Assembly: GCA_963767005.1 (NCBI GenBank)
Contig: CAVYCN010000006.1
Span: forward strand, 64,001-128,000
Reading direction: 5' to 3'
DNA length: 64,000 bases
DNA from: an uncultured Actinomycetes bacterium
GTDB taxonomy: Bacteria > Actinomycetota > Thermoleophilia > UBA2241
Shown: positions 40,398 through 51,400 of the stretch, piece after piece
Layout: each line of letters starts with the position of its first letter
Position numbering within the stretch: position 1 is the first letter of the stretch
Notes under the pieces: model-generated
What the model was told of the DNA's origin: nothing
The model's database searches: none
Seen by the model: the letters and a program-made list of their open reading frames with translations, nothing else
Position numbers and translations under genes: made by a program

Positions 40398-41897
40398 TTG
40401 GGGCATGAGGTGCTCCGCGTAGTGGGATCAGGCTTCGCCGTTCACGACGTCGTGCTCGATCGCGACGTCCGCGCGCCGGAGATGCTCTCGACGTCGACCG
40501 TACCGCACGGCTACATGGTCCGTCGCTTCGTGTCCATCTGCATCCTCGCCGCCATCGACGTCGGCTCGCTGTGCGTGGCGGTCGCGCTCGCCGCGCGCAT
40601 CCTGTCCTATCTGCACGGATCCGTGCGCGTGTTCCTGCCCTGGCACTTCGTCGTGCTCGTGCTCGCGCTGCTCGCGGTGTTCGCCGTCAACCAGCTCTAC
40701 GGTTTGCGAGCCCGGCGGCACAGCCGCACGCGCCGTCTGCGCGCGGCCGCGTGGGTGCTGGTCGTGGCCCTCGTGCTGAACGGCCTAGCCAACATCTGGG
40801 TGCCGTTCGACGTGATCGTCGCTTGGCTCATGGCGATGAGCCTGTCGACCGCGGGCCGCGAGCTCTACGACTTCACCCTCGGCGTCGTGTTCGGGGTCGA
40901 CCTCGAGGCCAAGCGCACGATCCTGCTCGGCTCCGACGACGCCCTGCGTGCCTTCGCCGACCTGCGCCGTCGGGCGCCGCGCCTGCAGGTCGACGTGATC
41001 GGCATGGTGGGCGAGCGGTTGCCGGATCCGGCCTTGCAAAGCCAGGCGGGCCTGCCCTCGCTCGGGCTGCTGTCCGACCTCGAGCTGATCGTGCAACGCA
41101 CGCGCCCCGACGAGCTGCTCGTGGTCGATCGCGAGATCGAGGTGCGCCACCTGGTCGAGCTTGCCGACCTGTGCCGGCGACACACCCTCACGCTCAAGCT
41201 GACCGACCTCGAGATGCGCTTTCGTGAGTCGGGCGTGTGCCTCGTTCCAGGCCTCGAAGAGCCCCTGTTCGTGTCGGCGCCGTCGCGGCACAGCGGCGCC
41301 GGCTGGCTGCTCAAACGCAGCTTCGACGTCGTGGCGGCGGGCGTCCTGCTCGTGCTTCTGTCGCCGCTGTTCGGGCTGGTGGCCCTGGCCATCAAGCTCA
41401 CCTCGCCGGGACCGGTTTTCTACGTCGCGCCGCGGGTCGGCCTGGGACAGCGCCCGTTCCGCTGCTACAAGTTCCGCACGATGGCCGACGACGCCGATCG
41501 GCGGCAGGCGGGGCTCGAGGCCCGCAACGAAGCCGACGGCGCGATCTTCAAGATGAAGGACGATCCTCGCGTGACCCGGGTCGGCAGCACCCTGCGGAAG
41601 CTCAGCGTCGATGAGCTGCCCCAGCTCATCAACGTGCTCCGCGGCGAGATGAGCCTGGTCGGGCCGCGTCCCCTGCCTCTTCGCGACAACGAGCTCCTCG
41701 CCGCCTGGCACAAGCAACGCCACGTGGTGTTGCCCGGCATGACCGGGCTCTGGCAAGTGCGCGGCCGCAGCCAGACTTCGTTCGCCGACATGATCAGGCT
41801 CGATTTCGACTACATCGAGTCATGGTCCGTCTGGCTCGATCTCGTCGTCCTCACGCGCACGTTTGGCGTGGTCGCACACTCTCGCGGCGCGTACTAA
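40398..41897 (+). CDS. Polyprenyl-phosphate glycosyl-1-phosphate (priming) transferase, WcaJ/WbaP type
   Basis: [50 protein letters not shown]. Confidence 0.93.
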   Translation: MGHEVLRVVGSGFAVHDVVLDRDVRAPEMLSTSTVPHGYMVRRFVSICILAAIDVGSLCVAVALAARILSYLHGSVRVFLPWHFVVLVLALLAVFAVNQLYGLRARRHSRTRRLRAAAWVLVVALVLNGLANIWVPFDVIVAWLMAMSLSTAGRELYDFTLGVVFGVDLEAKRTILLGSDDALRAFADLRRRAPRLQVDVIGMVGERLPDPALQSQAGLPSLGLLSDLELIVQRTRPDELLVVDREIEVRHLVELADLCRRHTLTLKLTDLEMRFRESGVCLVPGLEEPLFVSAPSRHSGAGWLLKRSFDVVAAGVLLVLLSPLFGLVALAIKLTSPGPVFYVAPRVGLGQRPFRCYKFRTMADDADRRQAGLEARNEADGAIFKMKDDPRVTRVGSTLRKLSVDELPQLINVLRGEMSLVGPRPLPLRDNELLAAWHKQRHVVLPGMTGLWQVRGRSQTSFADMIRLDFDYIESWSVWLDLVVLTRTFGVVAHSRGAY

Positions 41898-41953
41898 AAT
41901 CATCACGCCCGGCCGCTTCCGGCCGGGAGATTACCCGGTCGAAGGGAGTCACT

Positions 41954-42904
41954 GTGCCTACATCCGTCGTGACCGGAGGCGCCGGCTTCGTGGGTTCACA
42001 CCTGTGCGAGCGTCTGCTCGCACAGGGCCACCGCGTGGTGTGTCTCGACAACCTCGACACGGGGTCGCTCCAGAACATCGAGCACCTCCGCGACGCGGCC
42101 TTCGAGTTCCAGAACGTCGACTGTACCGAGTTCATCGACGTGCGGGGGAGCGTCGACTTCGTCTACCATCTGGCGAGCCCCGCCAGCCCCATCGACTATC
42201 TCAGACTCCCGCTCAAGACGCTCAAGGTCGGCTCGTACGGCACGCACAACGCGCTCGGTCTCGCCAAGTTCAAGCGCGCGCGGTTCCTCCTGGCCTCGAC
42301 GTCCGAGGTCTACGGCGATCCCCTGGTCCACCCGCAACCGGAGAGCTACTGGGGCAACGTCAACCCGATCGGCCCGAGGGGCGTCTACGACGAGTCCAAG
42401 CGCTACTCCGAAGCGATGACCATGGCCTACCATCGGCAGCAGGGCGTCGATACGGTGATCGCGCGCATCTTCAACACCTACGGCCCGCGGATGCGGCCCA
42501 ACGACGGGCGGGTCGTGCCGACCTTCGTGCGTCAGGCCATCGCGGACAAGCCCCTGACGGTCTTCGGCGATGGCACGCAGACCCGGAGCTTCTGCTACGT
42601 CACAGACCTGGTCGAGGGCCTCTGTCGGCTAGCCGAAAGCGACGAGCATCTGCCGGTCAATCTCGGCAACCCGACGGAGAGGACCGTGCTTGACCTCGTC
42701 GACACGATCATCGCGGTCACCGGGAGCCGGAGCGAGCCGGTGTTCGCCGCCCTCCCGGTCGACGACCCGAAGGTCAGGCGGCCCGACATCTCGAGGGCGC
42801 GCAGTCTGCTCGGCTGGGAGCCTACCGTCTCTCTCGAGGACGGCCTCGCCAAGCTGGTCGCCTTCGAACGTGGCCATCATTCGCACACTCAGACCGCACT
42901 CTGA
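41954..42904 (+). CDS. uxs: UDP-glucuronate decarboxylase (UDP-xylose synthase)
   Basis: [46 protein letters not shown]. Confidence 0.88.
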   Translation: MPTSVVTGGAGFVGSHLCERLLAQGHRVVCLDNLDTGSLQNIEHLRDAAFEFQNVDCTEFIDVRGSVDFVYHLASPASPIDYLRLPLKTLKVGSYGTHNALGLAKFKRARFLLASTSEVYGDPLVHPQPESYWGNVNPIGPRGVYDESKRYSEAMTMAYHRQQGVDTVIARIFNTYGPRMRPNDGRVVPTFVRQAIADKPLTVFGDGTQTRSFCYVTDLVEGLCRLAESDEHLPVNLGNPTERTVLDLVDTIIAVTGSRSEPVFAALPVDDPKVRRPDISRARSLLGWEPTVSLEDGLAKLVAFERGHHSHTQTAL

Positions 42905-43844
42905 CCCGGTCTGCGACGCCCCGACCGGCATCTGCCGGCGAGGATCGAGCTGACGCTGCCGTCGCAGAAGCGAAGGAGCGCACGCTGCTCGCGACGACGC
43001 GGCCGGTGTCGAGCGCGATGAAGACAGGCAGCGCGCGGGCCGGGCAGGCGAGCCGGGCGAAACGTACGCGATAGCGGATCGCGTTCGCGGACCTCGTGCT
43101 CCACAAAGAGCGCAGCAGCCAACCGACGTCGCGCCGCGGGCTGGTGTGCAACCCGCCGGTCTTCGCCGCGACGTCGAGCTCGGCGCCAGTCGCGACGAGC
43201 AGCCGCCAGCCGTGCCGCGCGGCTCTGAGTGAGAACTCGTAGTCGGCTCCGTATTGCGGCAGCGACGAAGCGTAAGGACCCAGCTCTCGCAGCGCGCGCA
43301 TCGGCACGAGAGTGCCCTTTCCACTCAGGACCTGGCCGGGGAGCACGCAGGGCGCCTGCTCGCGCAGACGAGCCGGGTCGAGGCCTCTGCAGGGGTCGGA
43401 GAAGCGCGCCCTCCACCAGTCGATGGTGACCGCTGCCGACTCGATGCGTCCATCGGTCTCCGCGACGGCCACCGAACCGACCAGTGTCCGCGGGTGGGCG
43501 AGCGCCGCGCTGTGCAGCTCCTGCAGCCAGTCGGGCCGCGGCTCCGTGTCGTTGTTGAGAGTGACGAACGCGTCGTCGTCGGCGGCGCGTTCGAGCACCC
43601 AGGCCCGCGCCAGGTTGACGGCGCCGGTCCACCAGAGCTCGCCGCCTCCCGCGAGCGTCACTGCCTCGGGGAAGTCGGCGCGCAGCATGGCCGCCGTGCC
43701 GTCGGTCGATCCGTCGTCGACCACGACGACGGTCGAGCGCGGGTAGGCCTGGCGACGCAGCGCGAGCAGACAGCGGCGGGTCAGTTCGCGCCGATCGTGG
43801 ACGGGTACCACGACGTAGAGCCGGGCCCCGGGATCCGCCGCCAT
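42822..43844 (-). CDS. GT2 family glycosyltransferase
   Basis: [26 protein letters not shown]. Confidence 0.88.
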   Translation of the reverse strand: MAADPGARLYVVVPVHDRRELTRRCLLALRRQAYPRSTVVVVDDGSTDGTAAMLRADFPEAVTLAGGGELWWTGAVNLARAWVLERAADDDAFVTLNNDTEPRPDWLQELHSAALAHPRTLVGSVAVAETDGRIESAAVTIDWWRARFSDPCRGLDPARLREQAPCVLPGQVLSGKGTLVPMRALRELGPYASSLPQYGADYEFSLRAARHGWRLLVATGAELDVAAKTGGLHTSPRRDVGWLLRSLWSTRSANAIRYRVRFARLACPARALPVFIALDTGRVVASSVRSFASATAASARSSPADAGRGVADRVRVRSECANDGHVRRRPAWRGRPRERR

Positions 43845-43850
43845 ATCGCG

Positions 43851-45554
43851 CTATGTCGCTCGCGAGCGGGAGCCGGACGGCAGGCCGGCAGCCGCTCCGA
43901 GCCCGAGGCCCGTCCAGAGCAGCGCGGTGTAGGTGAACGAATAGACGACCATGAAGAGGCTCGCCGAGACCAGCACCACGAGCCCCGCGGCAAGGACGAC
44001 GATCGTGGTGGAGTCGCCCGTCCCGCGCGTCCGCCGCCAGGAGCGCACCAGGAAGACGATGGCGCCGGCGACACTCGCAAGGTAGAGGACAAGGCCGATC
44101 CCGCCGGTCTTCAACCAGGTCTGGAGGTAGACGTCGTGTGGTTGGACCGTGACCGGGATCGGGCTGATGGAGCGCGGCACGACGAAATGCCAGTAGCCAC
44201 CGAATCCGTCGCCGACGACGGGGACCGCGCGGATCTGGCGCAGCGCGGAGCGCCAGACCGCTATGCGCCACGCGGAGTCGGCGTCGGCCGCCGGATCGAC
44301 GAAAGCGGCGCTTCTGGTCTGCACATACCCGATCGCGCTCTCGCCTGTCGACGACGAGCTCGACGATGGGCTCGGCGATGGGCCGGAGGCTATGCTCGAC
44401 GATGTGCTCGACGACGGGCTTGGCGACGGGCCGGTGGATGTGCTCGACGATGGGCTGGGCGATGGGCTCGACGAAGTGTCGGAGGCCGTGCTCGACGACG
44501 GGCTGGACGATGGCCTTGGTGATGGGCTCGGCGATACGTTGGCGGTGAGGGGCGCCGGGGTCGCTGACGGGACCGGCAGGGTCGTCAACGCGACCCATGA
44601 GACGGCGATCGAGACACAGAGCGCGGCGGCGACGGGTACGCCGACCGTGCGGACAGAACGGCGCGGGACGGCGCCGATGAGCAGCGCCCCAGCGACTGCT
44701 GCCGCCGCGGCCATCCAGACGGACCTGTGGCCGTCGAGGAAGACGAGCACGCCGGCCGCGCAGACGGCGGCGGCGATCGCCCAGAGCGGCACCGAGACGG
44801 CCCGGCGGGCCTTCGCGAGGATCAGGGCAGCGGTCGCATAGAAGATGCCGAGCGAGGCGCTCGCGGGGAAGAAGCGGCTGTACGGACCCACCGACCAGCC
44901 CTTGATCGCGCCGATCAGCGGCACGAGCGCAAGGGGGACGACGAGCGTACCGACGACCAGCGTCCAGAAGAGACGCCGCTGGACGGCGGCGTCGCGGGCG
45001 GCGACGCAGAGATAGGGGACCACGGCGAGCTGCAGGTACTGAAAGCGGAACTCGCCGGGAGCGGCGATGCCGTACCGTCCGACGTTGCGTGCCACCTCGG
45101 CGAGCAGCCACAGCCCGAACAGAGCGGCCGGCAGCCACACCGTGAGCGGCACGCCCCGCGAGCCGTCCGTGTGTCCCCAGCGTCGCCGCAACACGAGCAG
45201 GCACACGGCGGCGACCATGGCAAGCAGCACGATGTCGGAGATCTGCAGCCCGCCGAACGGCTGACCCCAGGTCCCGGAATTCTGGCCCTGGAGGACCCCG
45301 GTCGTGGGACGGGCGGCCGCGTTGATGAGCGCGTCGGGAAGATAGGCGGCCAGCAGGAAGGCGACGATGCTCACGGTGGGCCAGCGGAGGCACATCACGG
45401 TCGCTGCGGCGAACACCAGTACCCCGACGCCCGCCGCCCAGTGACCCATGAGCGCCAGACCGGCTGCCACAACGACGAGGCCCACCAGGATAGCGGCGAC
45501 TGCCGCAGGATGCCCGATCGACGCCAATCGTTGCCGTAGCCGCATCCCGCTCAC
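43851..45554 (-). CDS. O-antigen ligase/polymerase (Wzy_C) family protein with Ser/Pro insert
   Basis: Multi-TM, HRSVW, WRIAVW...G.GFG...HDVYLQ..LKTG.IG. Confidence 0.85.
   Translation of the reverse strand: MSGMRLRQRLASIGHPAAVAAILVGLVVVAAGLALMGHWAAGVGVLVFAAATVMCLRWPTVSIVAFLLAAYLPDALINAAARPTTGVLQGQNSGTWGQPFGGLQISDIVLLAMVAAVCLLVLRRRWGHTDGSRGVPLTVWLPAALFGLWLLAEVARNVGRYGIAAPGEFRFQYLQLAVVPYLCVAARDAAVQRRLFWTLVVGTLVVPLALVPLIGAIKGWSVGPYSRFFPASASLGIFYATAALILAKARRAVSVPLWAIAAAVCAAGVLVFLDGHRSVWMAAAAAVAGALLIGAVPRRSVRTVGVPVAAALCVSIAVSWVALTTLPVPSATPAPLTANVSPSPSPRPSSSPSSSTASDTSSSPSPSPSSSTSTGPSPSPSSSTSSSIASGPSPSPSSSSSSTGESAIGYVQTRSAAFVDPAADADSAWRIAVWRSALRQIRAVPVVGDGFGGYWHFVVPRSISPIPVTVQPHDVYLQTWLKTGGIGLVLYLASVAGAIVFLVRSWRRTRGTGDSTTIVVLAAGLVVLVSASLFMVVYSFTYTALLWTGLGLGAAAGLPSGSRSRAT
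44345..44537 (-). repeat. In-frame low-complexity repeat encoding (SPSPSPSSST)n
   Basis: Recurrent CTCGACGAYGGGCTNGGCGAYGGGC units. Confidence 0.85.
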
Positions 45555-45657
45555 GGCGCCATTCTAGACCAGGCGCAGCCCAGGTGCGAGGCGGCGTGGG
45601 TGACACCAGACTCGGGCATCACTCCTCGATCCGTTCGCGCACGACCCGCCGGTCGCA

Positions 45658-47202
45658 TCAGCCGGGTGTGTGGCTCGAGGTGGGCGCAGCCGACAGCCTG
45701 TCCAGGGTGGTCAGGACGCGACGGACGATCGGGGAAGCGCCGCCGGATGCCGCATCGATCAGCTCGCGCGCCTGCCTCCAGACTCGGCCCCGGAAGCCGC
45801 GCAGGAGGACGGCCGCCGTGACCAGGAGACCCGCGGCGACCTGCAGCGCGAGCGTGACGGCCACCCCCAGGGCGCCGGCACGTTGCGCAAACGAGAGCGA
45901 CAGGCAGGTGGCGCCCACGAGGACGCCGGCCACGGCGCCCGGGGCCAGGACAGCGGCGAGCGCCGCGCGGTCGCAGGCCAAGAACCGGGCCACGGCGCGC
46001 AGGTACCAGACGAAGGCCCAGGTCTGGGAGATGGCGATCGCCGCCGCGACACCGACGATCGAGGAGTGGCCGAGCAGGACCAGGAGGACGACGAGCAGCA
46101 CCACCTGCGAGCCGGAGATCCTGAGCTGGGTCGACAGCTGCGCCGTCGCCTGGCAGAGCATCGCCACCAGGCAGGCGATCAGCCATAACGGCGCGGCGAG
46201 CGCGAGAACGGCCAGAGGATCGGCGCTCGGCATCCAGCGCGCGCCCAGCAGCACCGTGACCAGCACGTGAGAGGCCCCCGCCAGCCCCCAGAGGGCGGGC
46301 CAGGCGAGCGCTGTGAAGACGGTGAGCACCGGCAGAAAGACGGCGCGGATCCGATCGCGCTCGGACTGGATGCGGCTGAACGACGAGGTGGCGACCCTGG
46401 CGAAGCTCGACCAGGCGTAGAACACCGGGACACTCACCAGGTTGAAGGCGCGGTTGTAGAAGCCGAGCTTCCTCGTGCCGAGGGTGTGTCCGGTCCACAG
46501 GGAGTCGAGGTTGCCCGCAAGGAACTCGAAGAAGCCGATGATCGAGACCTGAGATCCGAAGGAGTACAGGCGGCCGATGACGGAGCGGTCCCAGAGCGGT
46601 CGGATCGGATGACGGGTGACCGCGTAGTACGCGATCGCGGCCACGAAGCTCTGCGTCACATAGCCGGCGACCAGGCTCCATGCCCCCGCGCCCAGGGCTG
46701 CCAGGATCAGAGCGGGAGCCGCGTACCCGAACGCGAACGAGGCGACGTCGATGATCGTCATCGTGCGAATGCGCAGCTCGCGGCGCAGCAGCGCCGAGGA
46801 GGTGACAGAGAGGGCGCTGCCGATGAACACGAGCCCCAGCACGCGGAGCACGGGCACGATGCTCTCGTGATGGAACACGGTGGCCGCCGCAGGCGCGATC
46901 AGCCAGCACACGAGGTAGAAAGCCGCACCGAGCCCCAGCGCGGAGACGAAGGTGACGCGGACGTCGCGGTCGTCGATGCTCGGCCGCTGCACGAGAGCCT
47001 GGCCGAGGCCGAGCTGGGCGAAGTACTGGCCGAAGCCGATGACGACGTTCGCGGCGGCCACGAGCCCGAACTGGGCGGGGGTCAGGAGCCTGGCGAGCGT
47101 CACCGTGAGGACGAACACGAGCCCGATCTGGATCAGGATCGCCCCGTAGCTCCAGGTGAGGCCACGAGCCGTCCGGCTCGTGAGGGATCCCGTCTCACTC
47201 AC
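45658..47202 (-). CDS. wzx: Wzx flippase (WzxC-like)
   Basis: ARLLTPAQFG, LGLGQALVQ, LGFYNRAF; 12-14 TM segments. Confidence 0.9.
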   Translation of the reverse strand: MSETGSLTSRTARGLTWSYGAILIQIGLVFVLTVTLARLLTPAQFGLVAAANVVIGFGQYFAQLGLGQALVQRPSIDDRDVRVTFVSALGLGAAFYLVCWLIAPAAATVFHHESIVPVLRVLGLVFIGSALSVTSSALLRRELRIRTMTIIDVASFAFGYAAPALILAALGAGAWSLVAGYVTQSFVAAIAYYAVTRHPIRPLWDRSVIGRLYSFGSQVSIIGFFEFLAGNLDSLWTGHTLGTRKLGFYNRAFNLVSVPVFYAWSSFARVATSSFSRIQSERDRIRAVFLPVLTVFTALAWPALWGLAGASHVLVTVLLGARWMPSADPLAVLALAAPLWLIACLVAMLCQATAQLSTQLRISGSQVVLLVVLLVLLGHSSIVGVAAAIAISQTWAFVWYLRAVARFLACDRAALAAVLAPGAVAGVLVGATCLSLSFAQRAGALGVAVTLALQVAAGLLVTAAVLLRGFRGRVWRQARELIDAASGGASPIVRRVLTTLDRLSAAPTSSHTPG

Positions 47203-47218
47203 CGGCGCGACGGACTCC

Positions 47219-47938
47219 TCACGTGACCCGTGCGTAGAGCGCGTCGTACTGAAGCAGGCTGCCGGTCAGCGGATCGGCGAAGCCCTCGTCGAGGCCGACG
47301 AGCGCGAAGCCGAGAGCAGCGACGTGCTCGGCCATGTCGCTTGCGAGCGTCTGCCCCTCGTAGAGCGGGACGAGAGACATCTCGAGCTCGAGCAGCCGGA
47401 CGTGCGGCAGCACGTCGTGGGCGCCCCGCAGGACGTCCATCTCCCCGCCCTGGACGTCGATCTTGAGGTACAGGCGCTCGCCCTTCACGGTCCCGTCGGC
47501 GCAGACCGAGTCCAGGGTGGCGACGCGCGAGAGCTGGTCGCCGACGTAGGCCGACGTCGGAGCGGCGCTTCTGTGGGCCAGCGCCATGGGCAGATAGGAG
47601 CTGCTCGTCGAGTTCCCGGCGACGTGGATGGTCCGCTGCTCGTTGACGGCCCCCAGACCGAGCCGGTGAGCATGCCAGCCCCAGCGGTCGCCCGCGGCTC
47701 GCCTGGACAGCGCGAGGTAGGCGGTGTCGAGCGGTTCGAAGGAATGGATGCAGCCGCGATAGCCGTTCCGGCGCAGCTCCTGCGCCCATTGACCCTCGTT
47801 CGCGCCGACGTCGAGCACGGTGTCGATCGCGCCGCGCCGCGCCAGCAGGACCCTCCGGCTGACAAGGTCGGTCGGGTGACGTCGCCGCAGATCGAAGCCC
47901 GCCGTCCAGGCCGCGTCCTTGACGAGCGTCTTGATCAC
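47219..47938 (-). CDS. FkbM family methyltransferase
   Basis: DVGANEGQW, SFEP, LKIDVQGGEM.VL.GA. Confidence 0.92.
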   Translation of the reverse strand: MIKTLVKDAAWTAGFDLRRRHPTDLVSRRVLLARRGAIDTVLDVGANEGQWAQELRRNGYRGCIHSFEPLDTAYLALSRRAAGDRWGWHAHRLGLGAVNEQRTIHVAGNSTSSSYLPMALAHRSAAPTSAYVGDQLSRVATLDSVCADGTVKGERLYLKIDVQGGEMDVLRGAHDVLPHVRLLELEMSLVPLYEGQTLASDMAEHVAALGFALVGLDEGFADPLTGSLLQYDALYARVT

Positions 47939-48154
47939 CCTTCCGGCGTCTATGGCGGGTCTCCCTCGCGGTACCGATCCCGCCGCGCTGTCGTCGCGCG
48001 CGCAGGCTGGCGCCTATGGTATCAGCGTTGCGACGCGGCATCTGCCCGGATGCACCCGCTCGGCTCCGCCGCCGCGCGGCTCTCGCGCCTCGGGCGACGC
48101 CGCGCGGCCCTGCTGGCCGCGACGTCCGCGCGCTCCTCCTGTACCATGGGGAGC

Positions 48155-49303
48155 GTGAAACCGCTCATGGTGCAGCCGTTCCCGACGCACTACACCCTGC
48201 CCCTGCTGCGCATCCTGCAGCGCGACCTCGGCGCGCAGGTCCTGTTCTTCTCTGAAGGCGAGGAGCGCTACTGGCAGACTCATCTCGTGGCCGAGACGGA
48301 TGGCCTCGAATCGACACTCTGCCAGCGCAGGACAGTGGCGGGAGCCGTGACCGTCAACCCCAACCTCGTGAGAGAGCTGTCGACACGCGACTACGACGTT
48401 CTCTGCATGGCGATCGACGGCAAGTTCGAGCTGGCGAGCTGCGTCGCCGCCGCCCACGCCCGCCGCGTCCCGACCGTGCTGTGGACCGGCCTGTGGTGGC
48501 ACCCGCAGACGCTCGTTCACCGGCTCACGTGGCCGGCTATGCGAGCGATCTACCTGAGCACGGACGCGTTCGTGGTCTACGGCAACCACGTCCGTTCGTT
48601 CCTTCTCCAGCTCGGCGTCCCGGCGCGACGCGTCTTCGTGGCCGAGCACAGCGTGAGCAACGACCTGTACGGGCGCCCGGTCGACGACGAGGCCCGGCGG
48701 CTGGCCCGCGAGCGCATGAGCGCCGCACCGGGCCGGCCGGTCGTGCTATGCGTCGGCAGGCTCGTGCCGGAGAAGGGCCTCGACGTGCTGATCCACGCGC
48801 TGCACGGCCTCGGCCCGGCCAGGCCACTGCTGGCCGTCGTCGGCACCGGGCCCGAAGGTCGCCGACTGCAGCAGCTCGCCCGCGAGCAGGACGTGGACCT
48901 CACGCTCGTCGGCGCCGTCGCGTCGGCCGAGATGCCGGCCTTCTACGCAGCGGCGGACGTCGTCGCCCTGCCGTCCGTGACGACGCCACTCTCCCGCGAG
49001 CTCTGGGGCCTCACCGTCAACGAGGCGATGTGCCAGGGAAGGGCGGTGGTGGTGAGCGACGCCGTGGGCGCGGCGGCCGGAGGTCTCGTCGTGGACGGCG
49101 TGACCGGCCTCGTGGTGCCCGAGCAGGACGTCAGCGGCCTCCGCCGCGCGCTCGAGCGCTCGCTCGGCTCGCCCGCCCTGCGCGCTCAGCTCGGGGCGGC
49201 GGCTCTCGATCGCGTCGCTCTCGACACGCACGAGCGCATGGCCGCCGTCTTCGCCGAGGCGTTCTCGTACGTCAGGTCTGGGGGCGGACCCGGTACGACT
49301 TGA
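48155..49303 (+). CDS. GT4 family glycosyltransferase
   Basis: VGRLVPEKG, ELWGLTVNEAM. GTG start 7 nt after TACCAT; ATG 48146 is the alternative start. Confidence 0.9.
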   Translation: MKPLMVQPFPTHYTLPLLRILQRDLGAQVLFFSEGEERYWQTHLVAETDGLESTLCQRRTVAGAVTVNPNLVRELSTRDYDVLCMAIDGKFELASCVAAAHARRVPTVLWTGLWWHPQTLVHRLTWPAMRAIYLSTDAFVVYGNHVRSFLLQLGVPARRVFVAEHSVSNDLYGRPVDDEARRLARERMSAAPGRPVVLCVGRLVPEKGLDVLIHALHGLGPARPLLAVVGTGPEGRRLQQLAREQDVDLTLVGAVASAEMPAFYAAADVVALPSVTTPLSRELWGLTVNEAMCQGRAVVVSDAVGAAAGGLVVDGVTGLVVPEQDVSGLRRALERSLGSPALRAQLGAAALDRVALDTHERMAAVFAEAFSYVRSGGGPGTT

Positions 49304-50243
49304 GGTCGCCCAGCATCACGGCGAGCGCCAGCCGCGGCAGGGTGTTGCCGGCCCGGAGCGGCGCCGCCGGGCCGCTCTGCGGCGAAACGCCGGCGAGCTC
49401 CCGCTCGGTCGCGCGCAGCGCCTCGAGGTACGGCTGGTAGAGGATCTTCCTGACCGGACGGGGCATGCGGCCGTAGCGGGCGAGCCGGGCGTCGTACAGG
49501 CGCGAGCCGTATAGGCGCAGACCGTGGTAGTGATAGGCGATCAGCCTCTCGCCGTCGACCGTCGGCCCGTCGGGCGTCTGGGCGAAGGTGTAGTTCATCC
49601 AGTTCCACGGCGCCACGCCGATGCCCTTGCGCTCGAGCACATGGATCCCGTCGAAGAGCTCGACCGCGCGATCGAGGTACTTCTGATCGTTGTAGCGGTC
49701 TTCCTCGAGCTTGTCGTAACACCATTCGATGCACCGCTCGCGCCACCACTCGAGGACGTCCCGCGTGCGTTGCGCGTTGCGCAGCGCGATGATGCCGACG
49801 TTGTAGCGGCCGTAGGCCTCACGGCTGAGCAGGTGCGGCGGAAAGCGGTGGCCGATGATCCCGAGACAGGCGTCGCCCATCTCGTCCCAGATCGGGGCGG
49901 GATCGGCGAAGAAGAGGTAGTCGGCATCGACGTACGTAAGCTCCGCCATGCCGTGCTCGCGGAACAGGTAGAGCGGCCAGGACGGCGAGCACGTGAAGTA
50001 GTACTCGACCCGGCTGCGCCCGGTCTTGGCGGCGACCAGGCGATGGTCGCCTCGCTCGAAGTCAGGCGCCCGGACCGGGCGCAGGCTCGGGTCGCCGAGA
50101 TCGTCGAGGAAGCTCGCCGACGCGTCGTCGAAGCAGAGCGCCCACAGGATCGCGTCGGTCGAGTGGGACAGCAGGGACCGGTGCATGGTGATGGCACGGC
50201 CGAGGTAGTTGACGTCGAAGTAGGTGCAGTAGTGCCGGGTCAT
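49272..50243 (-). CDS. Putative GT-A fold nucleotide-diphospho-sugar transferase
   Basis: YCTYFD.NYL, YVDAD (DxD), YNVG, DQKYLD, VAPWN. Confidence 0.8.
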   Translation of the reverse strand: MTRHYCTYFDVNYLGRAITMHRSLLSHSTDAILWALCFDDASASFLDDLGDPSLRPVRAPDFERGDHRLVAAKTGRSRVEYYFTCSPSWPLYLFREHGMAELTYVDADYLFFADPAPIWDEMGDACLGIIGHRFPPHLLSREAYGRYNVGIIALRNAQRTRDVLEWWRERCIEWCYDKLEEDRYNDQKYLDRAVELFDGIHVLERKGIGVAPWNWMNYTFAQTPDGPTVDGERLIAYHYHGLRLYGSRLYDARLARYGRMPRPVRKILYQPYLEALRATERELAGVSPQSGPAAPLRAGNTLPRLALAVMLGDLKSYRVRPQT

Positions 50244-51400
50244 GGCACTCCGGCCGTCGCCGCGGTGAGGGCCTCCGCCACCCGTTCCGCGCGCTCGCAC
50301 CCGAGCTGGGGGAAGATCGGCAGGGACAAGACCGTCTCGGCCGTCCGGTCGGTCACCGGCAGGAGCGCGCCCTCGGCAAAGCGGGCGAAGGCGGGCTGCC
50401 TGTGCGCCGGTACGGGGTAGTGGATCGCGGTCGCGATCCCTGCTTCGGCGAGTGCGGCCGCAAGCTTGCCTCTGCGCTCGGTCCGGATCGCGTACTGGTG
50501 GTAGACGTGACGCGCTCCCGGTCGTTCGCTGGGCAGGACGAGACCCGCCGAAGCGAGCGCCCGGCGGTAGACGGCGGCGATCTCGCGGCGGGCGTTCAGG
50601 TCGTCGGGGAGGTGGCGGAGCATGACGTTGAGAACGGCGGCCTGGAGCTCGTCCATGCGACTGTTGGCGCCGTCTTCCGCGCTCACGAATCGCGTGCGCC
50701 AGCCGTACTGGCGCAGGCAGCGCACCCGTTCGGCCCGTTCTGCCGACGCCGTCACGGCGGCGCCGGCGTCGCCCATGGCGGCGAGGTTCTTGGTGGGGTA
50801 GAAGCTGAAAGCGGCGGCGTCGCCGAACGTGCCCACGCAGCGACCGCCGAGCATCGCGCCGTGCGCCTGGGCGCAGTCTTCGACCACGGCGACGCCGTGG
50901 CGTCGGGCGATGCCGAGGATCGCGGGCATGTCGCAGGGATGCCCGTACAGGTGGACCGGAACGACCGCCCGCGGTAGCCGGGACCCGGCAGGCCAGTCCT
51001 CGAGGAGCTTCTCGAGCTCGCCCGGGTCGAGGACCATCGTGTCGCGTTCGATGTCGACGAAGACGGGCGTGGCGCCACAGCGACGGATCGCGGCGACGGT
51101 GGCCGACGCGGTGTGGGACACCGTGGCGACGACATCGCCGTCGCCGACGTCGCACGCCCTCAGGCAGAGCTCGAGCGCATCGGTGCCGCTGGCCACGGCC
51201 ACGCACTCGAGCGTTGGTACCGCCGCGCCGTCCGCGCCGAGGAATCGCGCGAAGCTCTGCTCGAACGCGCGCACCTGGGGGCCGAGCAGGTAGCAGCCGC
51301 TGCGCACGACGTCGGCGATCGCCGCCTCGATCTCGTCGCGGTGGGCGCGCACGCCGGCTCCGGGGTCCGCCTGCGGGATCGTCGGGGGCCGATCGCTCAC
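50240..51400 (-). CDS. DegT/DnrJ/EryC1/StrS sugar aminotransferase
   Basis: VHLYG, EDCAQAHG, SFYPTKNL, NSRMDELQAA. Confidence 0.93.
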   Translation of the reverse strand: MSDRPPTIPQADPGAGVRAHRDEIEAAIADVVRSGCYLLGPQVRAFEQSFARFLGADGAAVPTLECVAVASGTDALELCLRACDVGDGDVVATVSHTASATVAAIRRCGATPVFVDIERDTMVLDPGELEKLLEDWPAGSRLPRAVVPVHLYGHPCDMPAILGIARRHGVAVVEDCAQAHGAMLGGRCVGTFGDAAAFSFYPTKNLAAMGDAGAAVTASAERAERVRCLRQYGWRTRFVSAEDGANSRMDELQAAVLNVMLRHLPDDLNARREIAAVYRRALASAGLVLPSERPGARHVYHQYAIRTERRGKLAAALAEAGIATAIHYPVPAHRQPAFARFAEGALLPVTDRTAETVLSLPIFPQLGCERAERVAEALTAATAGVP

